A stretch of 64,000 nucleotides of DNA from Ranitomeya imitator (GCF_032444005.1 NC_091284.1:700476001-700540000), one strand, 5' to 3'. Numbered from the stretch's first letter, positions 11,901 through 26,900 are shown. Notes: generated by a model not told the origin, from the letters alone. Program-made: numbers and translations.

Positions 11901-14900
11901 CGCTACAAAGAAACTGGCTCACATGAGGACCGGCCCAGGAAAGGAAGACCAAGAGTCACCTCTGCTTCTGAGGATGTTTATCCGAGTCACCAGCCTCAGA
12001 AATCGAAGGTTAACAGCAGCTCAGATTTGAGACCAGGTCAATGCCACACAGAGTTCTAGCAGCAGACACATCTCTTAAACAACTGTTAAGAATAGACTTT
12101 GTGCAGCAGGCCTTCATGGTAAAATAGCTGCTAGGAAACCACTTCTATGGACAGGCAACAAGCAGAAGAGACTTGTTTGGGCTAAAGAACACAAGGAATG
12201 GACATTAGACCAGTGGAAATCTGTGCTTTGGTCTGATGAGTCCAAATTTGAGATCTTTGGTTCCAACCACCATGTCTTTGTGCGGCGCAGAAAAGGTGAA
12301 CGGAGGGACTCTACATGCCTGGTTCCCACCGTGAAGCATGGAGGAGGAGGTGTGATGGTGTGGGGGTGATGTGCTGGTGACACTGTTGGGGATTTAGTCA
12401 AATTTGAAGGCATACTGAACCAGCATGGCTACCACAGCATCTTGCAGCGCCATGCTATTCCATACAGTTTGCGTTTAGTTGGACCATCATTTAATAATAA
12501 TAATAATAATAATCTTTATTTATATAGCGCCAACATATTCTGCAGCGCTTTACAGTTTAACAGTTTCAAACACAAAAGTCATAAGTAACAACGTTAACAA
12601 TACAATAATTAAAGCAAAATAAGACGACCCTGCTCGTGAGAGCTTACAATCTACAATGAGGTGGGGGAGATACAAAGTACAAGTGTGTATTTACAATGAT
12701 GTATTTACAATCATGGTCCAGCCATCTTCAGGGGGTGGGGGATAGATGGGGATAGTGAATGGGCTACACACACACACAAACATAAAATGACTTTGATTAG
12801 TGAACGTGATAGGCCGCTCTGAACAAATGTGTTTTGAGCGAGCGCCTAAAATTATGCAAATTATGGATGGTCCTAATATCTTGGGGTAGAGCATTCCAGC
12901 TCCAACACCGCACCCTCCTGCTTACCTTATGTTGTAACGGATATTTATCTGTTGAAGTTTTCCATTAAAATTCACGCTTTCCACTGCAGAATTTGGGGTG
13001 AGTGCCGCATATTTTCTTACTTATGAGCATACATGAACTATTGGTTTTCAGCTGCTGTGCACCGAATACCCCGTAGTAAGCGTGACGCCTAATGCTCTGG
13101 ATCCTATCTATGGTCCTTGCTGCTGCTTAAAGTATCGCTCTAGTGCCATCCTATTCTATAACTCTTTGTGGACACACAAACATAAAATGACTTTGATTAG
13201 TGAACGTGATAGGCCGCTCTGAACAAATGTGTTTTGAGCGAGCGCCTAAAATTATGCAAATTATGGATGGTCCTAATATCTTGGGGTAGAGCATTCCAGA
13301 GGATTGGCGCAGCACGGGAGAAGTCTTGGAGTCGGGAGTGGGAGGTATGGATTAGTCATTTATTTTTCAACAGGACAATGACCCCAAACACACCTCCAGG
13401 CTGTGTAAGGGCTATTTGACCAAGAAGGAGAGTGATGGGGTGCTACGTCAGATGACCTGGCCTCCACAGTCTCCAGACCTGAACCCAATCTAGATGGTTT
13501 GGGGTGAGCTGGACCGCAGAGTGAAGGCAAAAGGGCCAAGAAGTGCTAAGCATCTATGGGAACTCCTTCAAGATTGTTGGAAGACCATTCCTGGTGACTA
13601 CCTCTTGAAGCTCATCAAGAGAATGCCAAGAGTGTGCAAAGCAGTCATCAAAGCAAAAGGTGGCTACTTTGATGAACCTAGAATATAACATAATTTCAGT
13701 TGTTTCACACTTTTTTGTTAAGTATATAATTCCACATGTGTTAATTCATAGTTTTGATGCCTTCAGTGTGAATGTACAATTTTCATAGTCATGAAAATAC
13801 AGAAAAATCTTTAAATGAGAAGGTGTGCCCAAACTTTTGGTCTGCACTGTATATATTTAAAATACATATTGCATATCAGGGAAATCTGCTTCTTTCTCCT
13901 CCAGGACTAATCATTCATTTTCAAATTTCTCAATTTACAGGTGGAATCTGTATTCAGTGAAGAGAAAGAAGCAGATTCCTGTGATAAGATATATGACAAA
14001 GTTTCTTATTTTCATGTGTATTATGGATTTCTGAAATAAAAATTAAAATGACGGGTAACCTTTAATGGATCTAAACCTTTGATTTCAAATGAAGATAATT
14101 GAAGGAAGCCTACAGCCCAATAGGCATTGTACAGTAATGTTAGTTAGGAACCCATCCGAATGAGTATTCAACGCAATTTTGGGTGATAATGTCAAAGAGG
14201 TTCTTCATTGTAAATTGATGGTCGAAGCTCGGGATGACTGCTGAGCCTGGATAACCATTTCCTGGACCTCGGCTATTGCTGAAAGTAATGTAGCCTCTGA
14301 TAAACTGGAATTGTCCCCTATGGATTGTATTCTTACCAATAAAGCATTAATGGTAGACTCTAAAGACTGCTATTGGTCAGTATAAAGAATATGGAAATAA
14401 TGCAATTTATTGTCATTTCATGAGAGATGGTGGCCACATGTATTTCTGTAATGAATGTGTCTTGTTACACACAAGTCCTTTTATCTGGAAGCCACCGTGA
14501 TGATCAGGTGATCATCACAAGGCAGATTTTCAAGATCGCTGACCATGAAACTGGATCATATGAAACTATTTTAACAAAATCTTGGAACTATATGTATTTT
14601 TTTTGCACAACAAAAACTTCCAATAATCATTTTGGTAATATATTTTAGCTTTCAGGGATCTTCACTAGCAGTGTGGTGCTTGTTGTTTTGATGTGGGTTG
14701 GTCCACTCTTCAACTACTTACCAAAGGTAAGAAATCAAGAACGGAATGGCAGTGGAAGATCTTGGAAAATATGGATTTTAGCTGTATTTCAGAGTGAATG
14801 GTGTGTTCAGGAGCAAGGAGGAGCATAAGAAGCGGCTCATAAGTGGAGAAAGAAGCAGATCTCTTATAAGATTTATTACAAAGATTTGGTTGTGCTGTTG

Positions 14901-17900
14901 ATTTATAATAGTATTTTTTTTAATCAGTTCATTTTTATTCAAGACTTACCGTAAGTCATTTTCAGTTTACACAACAAACATTAAACAACACTTATCTTAA
15001 CACCCCATACCCAATAAAGTATAAATGGATTTTAAATATATGTTTCAATACGAGAGTTTAGCCCAGTTCTTCATCATCACGAGCAGCTCTGTTCAGTTGT
15101 CTATTAGTCCGTTCTTCCAAACTTTAATACCCATTCGCATATCCAATCTAGTAGTACCCACATATAAATGAAGTAGAGAATGATGATAAAGACAGCACAA
15201 TAGTAAAGACTTTAATGTACAGGGACAAACATATGAAAGCTAGGAACAACATTTTCAAAGGGGTATTCCAGGTCAACAATGTGAATAGGAACTTTCCATG
15301 CTGTCCCCCCCAAACATTTGTTGTTCTATAATATCCAAACTTTCCGAGTCACGGTCAAACCCTCCCAAGTGTTGGATTTATGTACCGTAGTTAGTTAATA
15401 ACACCGTGACCATTTCATCTGTTCGTCTTCTCTATGTCTTCATTACTTGAGTATGCTGCTAACCCTCTGTTATTCTTTTTTTTTCTCCAGGCGGTACTTG
15501 CCTGCATAAATGTTGTAAGCCTCAGACAAATGTTCCTACAATTCCAGGAGCTTCCAGAATTATGGAAAATCAGCAAGACTGACTTTGTGAGTATTCGACA
15601 GGTTACACAGCGCACAACATTCAGGCTGGTTTCACGCAACAGAATGTCACTACTGGCAGGGAAAGTGGGGATACAAAAATCTGAGGACTTGAAATCCATG
15701 ATGACTCTTTCTGCTACTGTATGTGTCATGGAGGCTTGTAAAACTCTGTTATTCTTTGTTATTCTGTGTCTTAAAGGGGTTGTCCAGTCTTAAGATAAGT
15801 CTGCAGTCATGTTATGTGACTTCAGTCTTTTGAATCCTCACATTGCACAGTTGCTGCCACAAGGATTCTCCGATGCAGGCAATGGGAGCAGGTAGTCATG
15901 TGAATGCAAGTTTGATAGGCATACTCTATATGATTGGCCACATTATGACTAGATGGGTGTGGTCTCACTTCAAGGGGTTGTCTACTACTGTCACCACTTT
16001 TTTCGCATATCATGTAAAAATATAATTCAATTCAGTGTCAACTATGCATTATAACAGTACTATGCATTATAACTGTACTATGCATTATAACAGTACTTTT
16101 GATACCCCTTGACTTTCCCACCTTTTATCAGTAAATACCATTTATATTCCTCCCGTTGATTGGGCGCCGGCGTCACAACACTGCAACACAGCGCCGGTAC
16201 GGGAGGGGAGTATAGGCTTTATTATTTTATCTGGGCAGAACATTTAGTTTAAGAAGGGGTTGTCCTAGTAGTGGAGAACCCCTTTAATGCAAGTGTATTG
16301 AGTGAGGCCGGAAACAGTGTAGTTGGAATGTAGCCAGGAGTATGCATGTCCCCAACTTGCGCTCATATGACTGCAAGCACTGGAGAATCCTCACAGATCA
16401 ACCTGCACGCGATGTGAGAATTCACAAGTCTGCAGTCACATACAGTAGAGTGACTGCAGACTTGTAGCTTAAAACCAGGTAACCACTTTAACACAACCAA
16501 AGACATCGCCATAAATAAAATAATGTCTGGCAAGAGTAGAGATGGTTTCCTAAGTGAACAGGGCAGCCAAGGGAATTTAAAGGCTTGTCTAGGATTTTAA
16601 CCCCTTAACAACCAGAGGTATTTTTGGTTTTGCATTTTCATTTTTTGCTCCCCTTCTTCCCAGAGCCATAACTTTTTTATTTTTTGGTCACAATGGCCAT
16701 GTGAGGGCTTGTTCTTTGCAGAAAGAGTTGTAATTTTGAACAACACCATTGGTTTCAACATATCATGTACTGGAAAAATGGGAAAAAAATAAAGTGCAGT
16801 GAAATTAAAAAAAAAAGTACAATTCCACAAAGTTTTTTTGGTCTGCCTTTTTTTACTATAATCACTAAATGATAAAACTGACCTGCCATTATGATTCTCC
16901 AAGTCATTACGAGTTCATAGACACCAAACATGTCTAGGTTCTTTTTTATTGAAGTGGTGAAAAAAAATTCCAAAGTTTGTTAAAAAAAATTGCACTATTT
17001 TCCAATACCCGTAGCATCTCCATTTTTCGTGATTTTTTATATTGATAGATCGGGTGATTCTGAACACGATGATTCCAATTATGTATATGTTTGATTTTTT
17101 TCATTGTTTTATTTTGAATGGGGCGGAAGGGGGTAATTTGAACTATTATCCTTTTTTATTTTTCTAGTATTTTTTTTTTTTAGCATGCTTCAATAGTCTT
17201 CATAGGAGACTAGATGCTGCCATAACCCGATTGGCTCTGCTACATACATCAGATCGCCTATATGTAGCAGAATTCCTCACTTGCTATGCGTGCCGACCAC
17301 CAGGCGACTGTCATGGTTAGGACAGGGTTAATGTTCTTAGCCTCTCTTTCAAGATGGGAGGGCTATTTATACTCGCTCCTAACCTGGTATCCTTGTCAGC
17401 TATAGGTTTTCTGCAGTCTGTATGCTTGACATCTGTAGTGTGTGCTGGCTTGCTTTGTGTCTTGCTGTCACCTGCTTTATTCGCTTTCCTGGCTTACTGA
17501 TCCCTGGCTTGGCTTCTGACTATTCTCTGACTTTCCCTGTTGGTATCTTGTAATCTCCTGGCTACGACCTCGGCTTGTTTCACTATTCTTTTATGCATGT
17601 CCCTTCTCAGTTTCCCCGGCGTCTGACTCTGCCCCCTGACCGCCTCCCACTCTGTCACATGATCGTAGGTCCTTTTGCTTTACCTGATCACTGTGTCTCA
17701 TGTGAAAGGTCCCGTTGGTGTTCATGTTAGTTACCCGGTTTCTGGTTCAGCTCCGTTGCTGCAGGGTGCAGTTTCCTCTGCAGTATTTATACCCGGGTAT
17801 CGTGACATTGACGCTCAAAGCAATCCGGCAGTGACAACCATAGAGGTCTGCTGGAGATATCTGGTTGTCATGTCAACCTATCGGCGACCCGCGATCATGT

Positions 17901-20900
17901 GACACAGGTGCCGATGGATGGGTTTTCCGTCACGCTTGCTGTAAGCCCGTGTTAAATTCCACTGTTAGAGTTTGATAGCGGCATTTAACTTGTTAACAGC
18001 TGTGGGTGGATCACGATTCCACCCGCGGCTGATAGAGGCACATGTCAGTTGTTCAAAACAGCTGACATGTGCCGGAAAAGATGTAGGCTCAGTGCCGGAG
18101 CCCACATCAAAAGGAGGGAGTTCGACATCGGTGTACTATTACAGAGGAAATATTGCTGCATGCGTGATTTCCATCTTTAAATTGGCCATGCAAGTCGATG
18201 AATCTGTGAAATAAATTGGACTGCATTCGGTTGACATTTGCATGTGATTCCGATTTTAACGGACTGCCAGAATGGTGAAGATGGAGACATTTTTAAGAAA
18301 ATCAGATCGCACTATGATCACGCTCTTACCAAACTCTGATCAGAGTGTGATTAGCATAATCAACTTGATTCTCTTGGATGAGAGAAAATACGGTGGTGTG
18401 AACCAATCTTAGGATGAGCCATGAATATTAGATCTGTGGGAATTTGACACTTTGCAGCCTCAATGATCAGATTTTGGAATGGTCTACGTCTCTATACTGA
18501 GCTCTGCAGCTTTTTCATTATCTACATTGCTTCAAACTCCACAATGGTTACATGTGAAAGATCTGTGCTAGGTATTGCAGCTTTCTCCCATTGCAGTGAA
18601 TGCAACACACTTGCTACTACATATGGAGCGTATTCAATGTATAAAACAGCGTAAACCATAAAGAGAAGGCAGCTTTTATTTAAAAAAAAAAAAACCTCTA
18701 AAAATGGGAGCTGTCATTAGATTGATTGCCTAAGGCCAGGGTCACACAACCGTAGATTCTCTCATTCAAAAGAATTGGGCAGATTATGCTAATGACACTC
18801 CGCTGGTCAAAACCTGATCAGAGTTTCGTCAGAGTGACAGTATAGTATGAGCCGATTCTCTCGGATGAGAGAACTGTAGCACACTGTAGAAGATGGAGAG
18901 CAACATTTCTCCATCTTCTCCATCCGAGTGCAGCCTGCATCCGATGTCATCCGAGTGCAGCCTGATGTTTTCCTTGCACCCATAGACTTAAATGGGTGAG
19001 TGGCATCCAGTTTCAGAGTGAAATTACAGCATGCTGCATTTCACTAACAGATTCTGTAAGAAAAAAAGCCCCATTAAATAACAATGGAACGAGTGCTATA
19101 AGATAAAAAATCAGACAGCACTCGTACGATGTATACGACAGTGTGAACGAGCCCTTAGGCAGATACTCAAACTTATTTCCGGAAAAAATATGTGTATATT
19201 CCAATCAGTTACAGTATGTCCTATACTGAATGGCACAGATTGAGAATGTCATCATTACCTGATTTGTTTTCTAGTCTGTTTGGGTGGTCACATGGTCGGC
19301 GGTGGTCATTCTCAATGTGGAAATGGGCCTTGCTGTCGGTGTAGTTTTCTCTATGATGACTGTAGTTTGCAGAACGCAAAGGTAGGTGATGGAAAATAGT
19401 ACTGGAGGGATAATACTGAAGATGGATTTATACGGCTCCAGCTGCAGAGCTCTCCTTCTGGTGGCTTCAGGCAGACTGAATGTTATCATTTCGGCCCTTT
19501 CACACATCGTTTAATCTCACGCTCAATGGCCCCATCGGAGCTTATGTCCAACCTCCCTCCCCCACAGACAGGGATTTGGACTTATACACTGATAGAGCCA
19601 TTGACTATAATGGGGCTGTCACCGTGTGCGCTATCGTGCAACATTTTCAGCCATATACAGTTAGGGCCAGAAATATTTGGACAGTGACACAATTTTCGCG
19701 ATTTGGGCTCTGCATGCCACCACATTGGATTTCAAATGAAACCTCTACAACAGAATTCAAGTGCAGATTGTAACGTTTAATTTGAAGGGTTGAACAAAAA
19801 TATCTGATAGAAAATGTAGGAATTGTACACATTTCTTTACAAACACTCCACATTTTAGGAGGTCAAAAGTAATTGGACAAATAAACATAACCCAAACAAA
19901 ATATTTTTATTTTCAATATTTTGTTGCAAATCCTTTGGAGGCAATCACTGCCTTAAGTCTGGAACCCATGGACATCACCAAACGCTGGGTTTCCTCCTTC
20001 TTAATGCTTTGCCAGGCCTTTACAGCCGCAGCCTTCAGGTCTTGCTTGTTTGTGGGTCTTTCCGTCTTAAGTCTGGATTTGAGCAAGTGAAATGCATGCT
20101 CAATTGGGTTTAGATCTGGAGATTGACTTGGCCATTGCAGAATGTTCCACTTTTTGGCACTCATGAACTCCTGGGTAGCTTTGGATGTATGCTTGGGGTC
20201 ATTGTCCATCTGTACTATGAAGCGCCGTCCAATCAACTTTGCAGCATTTGGCTGAATCTGGGCTGAAAGTATATCCCGGTACACTTCAGAATTCATCCGG
20301 CTACTCTTGTCTGCTCTTATGTCATCAATAAACACAAGTGATCCAGTGCCATTGAAAGCCATGCATGCCCATGCCATCACGTTGCCTCCACCATGTTTTA
20401 CAGAGGATGTGGTGTGCCTTGGATCATGTGCCGTTCCCTTTCTTCTCCAAACTTTTTTCTTCCCATCATTCTGGTACAGGTTGATCTTTGTCTCATCTGT
20501 CCATAGAATACTTTTCCAGAACTGAGCTGGCTTCTTGAGGTGTTTTTCTGCAAATTTAACTCTGGCCTGTCTATTTTTGGTATTGATGAATGCTTTGCAT
20601 CTAGATGTGAACCCTTTGTATTTACTGTCATGGAGTCTTCTCTTTACTGTTGACTTAGAGACAGATACACCTACTTCACTGAGAGTGTTCTGGACTTCAG
20701 TTGATGTTGTGAACGGGTTCTTCTTCACCAAATTAAGTATGCGGCGATCATCCACCACTGTTGTCATCCGTGGACGCCCAGGCCTTTTTGAGTTCCCAAG
20801 CTCACCAGTCAATTCCTTTTTTCTCAGAATGTACCCAACTGTTGATTTTGCTACTCCAAGCATGTCTGCTATCTCTCTGATGGATTTTTTCTTTTTTTTC

Positions 20901-23900
20901 AGCCTCAGGATGTTCTGCTTCACCTCAATTGAGAGTTCCTTTGACCGCATGTTGTCTTCTCACAGCAACAGCTTCCAAATGCAAAACCACACACCTGGAA
21001 TCCACCCCTGACCTTTTAACTACTTCATTGATTACAGGTTAACGAGGGAGACGCCTTCAGAGTTAATTGCAGCCCTTAGAGTCCATTGTCCAATTACTTT
21101 TGGTCCCTTGAAAAAGAGGACGCTATGCATTACAGAGCTATGATTCCTAAACCCTTTCTCCGATTTGGATGTGGAAACTATCATATTGCAGCTGGGAGTG
21201 TGCACTTTCAGCCCATATTATATATATAATTGTATTTCTGAACATGTTTTTGTAAACAGCTAAAATAACAAAACTTGTGTCACTGTCCAAATATTTCTGG
21301 CCCTAACTGTACGCTGAGGTGGACACCAAAATGCAGTAGACTACATCTAGCTGTCTGCCTCCAGCAGGTGCATAAAACCAAACATGATGCACAGCAGACT
21401 GCCCCATTATAGTCAATGGCCTCATCGGCGTATACGTCCAAATCCCATTCTGCAGGGGAAGTTTGAACGTAAGCCCTGATGGGGCCACTGGTCATATGAA
21501 TACACACAATATAAAAAGGCTTAAACAGTGAAACTAAACTAACTTTCTGTTATATTTTGTAGTATCTTAAACATTTTGAAGATGGGTCGAGATTCAGAAC
21601 TGACCAGTACATAAGTGTGCACATGGTGGTGTATGGGCTCCCTACAAAGTCTTTGTACACGCACACATTCGGGAGCTGAATGCTTCTATGCAACCTTTTG
21701 AGCCGTCAGTAGGGGTCTCAGGACACGGACCCCATAGCAATCTACAGGATGTTTAAAAGGCTGCAACATATAAAACATAAGTAAAAGTTTAAAGGGAATG
21801 TGTCACCAGGATTTTACAACTCCATCTAAGAACTGCATTGTGTAGGGACAGAGACCTTGATTCAACAATGCATCACTTTCTGGGCATCTTGCTGCATCTT
21901 TGATAAATTCATTGTTCTTGTGTTGATCTATCAAACCTCTGAATACTGATTGACAGCTTTCTGTGTACAGTGTGCATAGGCAGAAAGCTGCCAATCAGTG
22001 GTGGAGGCGGGGTTTATACAGACCTCATTAATATGGAGGACTACCTGTCAGAGGATTTACTAGTCCTATAGTGATAGCCTCTTACTGAAAAAAACTGTGA
22101 TTTTATCAAAACTACCCCAAGCAACCCAGTAAGTGACATATCACTGGAATTAGGGTCTATGTCCCTAAATTACACTGCTCCGAGATTAGGTGGCTAAAAC
22201 CTGGTGACACATTCCCTTTAATTATATTTGTGGGGGTAAAGGGAAGCAAGGAGTTTGTGGGTTTGTATCAGAAAAACAGCGTATTAGCCACCTATAAAGA
22301 TACTAGATGTTGGTCCGATTCAAAAGCATCGGGGATTCTAGAATATGTATGTATGTATGTTGCGCTGTCAGTGGTGTTTAAATCCTGCACTAATATCGCT
22401 GATTGGCTGATATCCGAGACAGACAGACAATTAGACCCTTAGACAACACAATGGCGGCACTTGACAGCAGTGGAGGACAATGATGATTCCAGAATTCACG
22501 GTAGACTGTGCCCGTCGCTGATTGGTCGAGGCCAGCTGGCCTCAACCAACCAGAGACTGTGCCCGTTGCTGATTGGTCGAGGCCTGGCGGCCTCGACCAA
22601 TCAGCGACGCGCACAGGCCAGCCGGCCTCGACCAATCAGAGACTGTGCACGTCACTGATTGGTTGAGGCCTGGCGGCCTCAACCAAACAGCGACGCGGGA
22701 TTTCCAGGACAGACAGCCAAACCCTTAGACAATTATATATATAGATTACAATAGTTCTTTTTTTCTTGCTGATTGCATAATATATAGTACAGAATACAGG
22801 AGCACATCACACCTATAAGCATAAGCATCTTTATCTTTCTTATTATCGTTTATCGCCTTCATGCTATTTTATTCTAACATTTCAGAGCACAGTGTTCAGT
22901 ACTTGGAAGAGCCATCAACACAGAAATCTATCGACCCATTGTACAAAACGACAAGGTACATAGGTTAATACTTGACTTTGGAGCACAGAGCACACACATT
23001 CCGTCATCTTTGTATTGTGCTTTATGTCTTTTATCAATCAGTGACATGTCTTCAGTATATAATACCATAATATCACGTCATCGCCCTTCAGTCAGTTACT
23101 CCTCTGCATTCACTGATCTCCAGCCAGGGGACCTTGAACATGGAAAACATTTTCTGGATGAATTTGTCCTTTGTATACAGGAGGGATGCAACCAGTGCCG
23201 GACTGGTTTGGCAAAGGCCCACCAGTAACATTGAATCTTGTTGCCTACTGTTTAGCTACATGCAAAAATAACCTGACCCTAGTACACAAATGTATTTTTG
23301 CTTTTATATAATAATAAACCTTTTTCTGCAAATTGTGAATCAAGGGTAACAGCACTACTCATTAGAAATCCTTCACAGGGGTGGCCTACCGGAGGATTCT
23401 CCTGTTCTCCTGTTGGCCAGTCTGACCCTGGATGTAATCATACTTGCAGGATTTTTCAGTCTTTGAGCCAAATGTAAGAGGTGTAGAACGAAAAAGTATC
23501 CATCTTTGCTGTATGCATTTACCAATTAGATCTACTCCTGGCTTTGGTGGAAAACACTAAATCAAATGCTGCCATACATAGCAGACATGTGATTCCTGTC
23601 TTATAGGAGGGGTATTGTTGTGAATTCCGTTCTGGAGCTCCCTCCTGTGGTTGCTAATGGTATTTTTGTGAGTTCTGCCCTTGGGCTCCCTCTGGTGGTT
23701 TTGAGTGGAACTGCTGCTCCGTTAGGTGGCTGTAGCAGCTGCCTTCACTAATCGCCTTGCCTGGGTTTGTTATGTAAACCTGCTCTGGGCTTTAGTCCAT
23801 GCCTGCTGTCAATGTTCTTGGTTGGATTTGGTTCTCTCCTTGGAATCTTCATATGGCCAGTCCTTGTCTGCAAAAGATAAGTTTTTGCTAGTTTTTGTTT

Positions 23901-26900
23901 GTCCATTTTTTTGGACTCTATTGCTTTGCAAATATGTCTCTTTTTGTCCAGCTTGTCACTATGTCTTATTCAGGCTAGCTGGAAGCTCTGGGAAAGCAGA
24001 TTTGCCCCTCCACACCATGAGTCAGTGTGGAGTTCATTTTTGTAAACTGCGTGGATTTTGTAGTTTTTATACTGACCGCACAGTATCCTTTTCTCTCTGT
24101 CTATCTAGTTTAGTATTGGCCTCCTTTGCTGAATTCTGATTTCATTTCTGAGTTCGTCTTTTCCCTCTCCATTCATAGTCAATATTTGTGGGGGGCTATC
24201 TTTCCTTTTGGGGGTTTTCTCTGAGGCAAGATAGCTTTCTATTTCCTTCTTTAGGGTTAGTTATCTCTTAGGCTGTGAAGAGGTGTCTAGGGAGAGTCAG
24301 GAACATCCCACGGCTATTTCTAGTGTTGTTGTTAGGATTAGGGACTGCGGTCAGTAGAGATACCACCTTCTCAGAGCTCGCTCCATGTTGCGTTTTAGCC
24401 ACCAGGTCATATCAGTGTGGCCTCTTAACCACCAGGTCATAACAGTACAGCAGGCCGGAAATGAATTGAATGCATCTCAAAAGAAGGAAAAGAAAGCTCT
24501 GAACCATTTTTTTTTTCTGTGCTCTGTTCTGTCTTTTTTTTCCTCTTGATATCTGGGTGGCGCTGGATATATGTTCTGGTATGGAGGTTCAGAGTTTGTT
24601 TTCTCGTGTGGATCAACTTGCTGCAAGAGTCCAGAGTATCCAAGATTATATTGTCCAGACTCCGGCTCTAGAGCCTAGAATTCCTACTCCTGATTTGTTT
24701 TTTGGGGACAGATCCAAGTTTTTGAACTTTAAAAATAGCTGCAAATTGTTTTTTGCTTTGAAACCCCGTTCTTCTGGTGATCCCATTCAGCAAGTAAAAA
24801 TCATCATATCCTTACTGCGTGGTGATCCTCAAGACTGGGCTTTTGCTCTTGAAACAGGGAATCCGGCATTGTTGAGTGTGGATGCATTTTTTCAAGCGCT
24901 CGGATTGTTGTATGACGAACCTAACTCAGTAGAGCATGCTGAGAAAACACTGTTGGCCCTGTGTCAGGGTCAAGAAGCGGCAGAGTTATACTGCCAGAAA
25001 TTTAGAAAATGGTCTGTGCTCACTAAGTGGAATGAAGAGGCTCTGGCTGCTATTTTCAGAAAAGGTCTTTCTGAAACCCTTAAAGATGTTATGGTGGGCT
25101 TTCCTACGCCTACCGGTTTGAGCGAATCTATGTCTCTAGCCATTCAGATTGATCGGCGCTTGCGTGAGCGCAAGGTGGTGCACCATATGGCAGTGTCCTC
25201 TGAGCAAAGTCCTGACTCTATGCAATGTGATAGGATTTTGACTAGAGCGGAAAGACAGAAATTCAGACGTCAGAATGGCCTGTGTTTTTACTGTGGTGAT
25301 TCTGCTCATGCTATTTCTGATTGCCCTAAGCGTACTAGGAGGGTTCCTGGGTCTGTTACCATTAGTACTGTACAGCCTAAATTTCTCTTGTCTGTTACCC
25401 TGATTTGCTCATTGTCGTCATTCTCTGTTATGGCATTTGTGGATTCTGGCGCTGCTCTGAACTTAATGGACTTAGAATTTGCCAAGAGCTGTGGTTTTTC
25501 CTTGGAGCCTTTGCAGAGTCCTATTCCCTTAAAGGGACTCTGTCACCTGAATTTGGCGGGACTGGTTTTGGGTCATATGGGCGGAGTTTTCGGGTGTTTG
25601 ATTCACCCTTTCCTTACCTGCTGGCTGCATGCTGGCTGCAATATTGGATTGAAGTTCATTCTCTGTCCTCCGTAGTACACGCCTGCGCAAGGCAAGATTG
25701 CTTTGCGCAGGCGTGTACTATGGAGGACAGAGAATGAACTTCAATCCAATATTGCAGCCAGCATGCAGCCAGCAGGTAAGGAAAGGGTGAATCAAACACC
25801 CGAAAACTCCGCCCATATGACCCAAAACCAGTCCCGCCAAATTCAGGTGACAGGTTCCCTTTAAGGGGGATTGATGCTATGCCATTGGCCAAGAATAAAC
25901 CTCAGTATTGGACTCAGTTAACCATGTACATGGCTCCAGCACATCAGGAAAATATTCGCTTTTTGGTGTTGCATAATTTGCATGATGTTGTTGTGCTGGG
26001 TTTTCCATGGTTACAGGTACATAACCCAGTGCTGGATTGGAGATCTATGTCTGTAACTGGTTGGGGTTGTCAGGGAATACATAGTGATATTCCTTTGATG
26101 TCCATTTCCTCATCCCCTTCTTCTGAAGTTCCTGAGTTTTTGTCGGATTTCCAGGATGTATTTGATGAGCCCAAGTCCAGTTCTCTGCCTCCTCATAGGG
26201 ACTGCGATTGTGCCATTAATTTGATTCCTGGCTGTAAGTTCCCTAAGGGTCGACTTTTCAATCTGTCTGTGCCAGAGCATGCCGCTATGCGGAGTTATGT
26301 AAAGGAGTCCTTGGAGAAGGGGCATATTCGCCCGTCTTCGTCACCGTTGGGAGCGGGATTTTTTTTTGTTGCCAAGAAGGATGGCTCCTTGAGACCCTGT
26401 ATAGATTATCGCCTTCTCAATAAGATCACTGTCAAATTCCAGTACCCTTTACCGTTACTTTCTGATTTGTTTGTTCGGATTAAGGGTGCCAGTTGGTTTA
26501 CTAAAATCGACCTTCGAGGGGCGTATAATCTCGTGCGTATTAAACAAGGTGATGAATGGAAAATAGCATTTAATACGCCCGAAGGCCATTTTCAATATCG
26601 TGAGATGCCATTCGGGCTCTCTAATGCTCCATCGGTATTTCAGTCCTTTACGCATGATATCTTCCGGAATTATCTGGATAAATTCATGATTGTGTATTTG
26701 GATGATATTTTGGTTTTCTCCGATGATTGGGAGTCTCATGTAAAGCAGGTTAGAATGGTATTTCAGGTCCTTCGTGCTAATGCGTTGTTTGTGAAGGGGT
26801 CTAAGTGCCTCTTTGGAGTTCAGAAAGTTTCTTTTTTGGGTTTCATTTTTCCCCCTCGGCTATTGAAATGGACCCTGTTAAAGTCCAGGCCATTCATGAT

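Larger units (their letters stand above)
19525..21485. mobile_element. Palindromic MITE split by the Tc1 at 19658-21309
   Basis: 19526-19620 (..CCATTGACTATAATGGGGC) is an imperfect inverted repeat of 21397-21485 (GCCCCATTATAGTCAATGG..). Confidence 0.6.

Noticed and set aside
23601-23616. PPT-like purine run before the 5' LTR of B, suggesting a tandem element
   Set aside because: No internal Gypsy sequence lies upstream, and GGGTAT is explained as the TSD.
25405-25892. Same peptide encoded on both strands
   Set aside because: A trivial result of the palindromic MITE.
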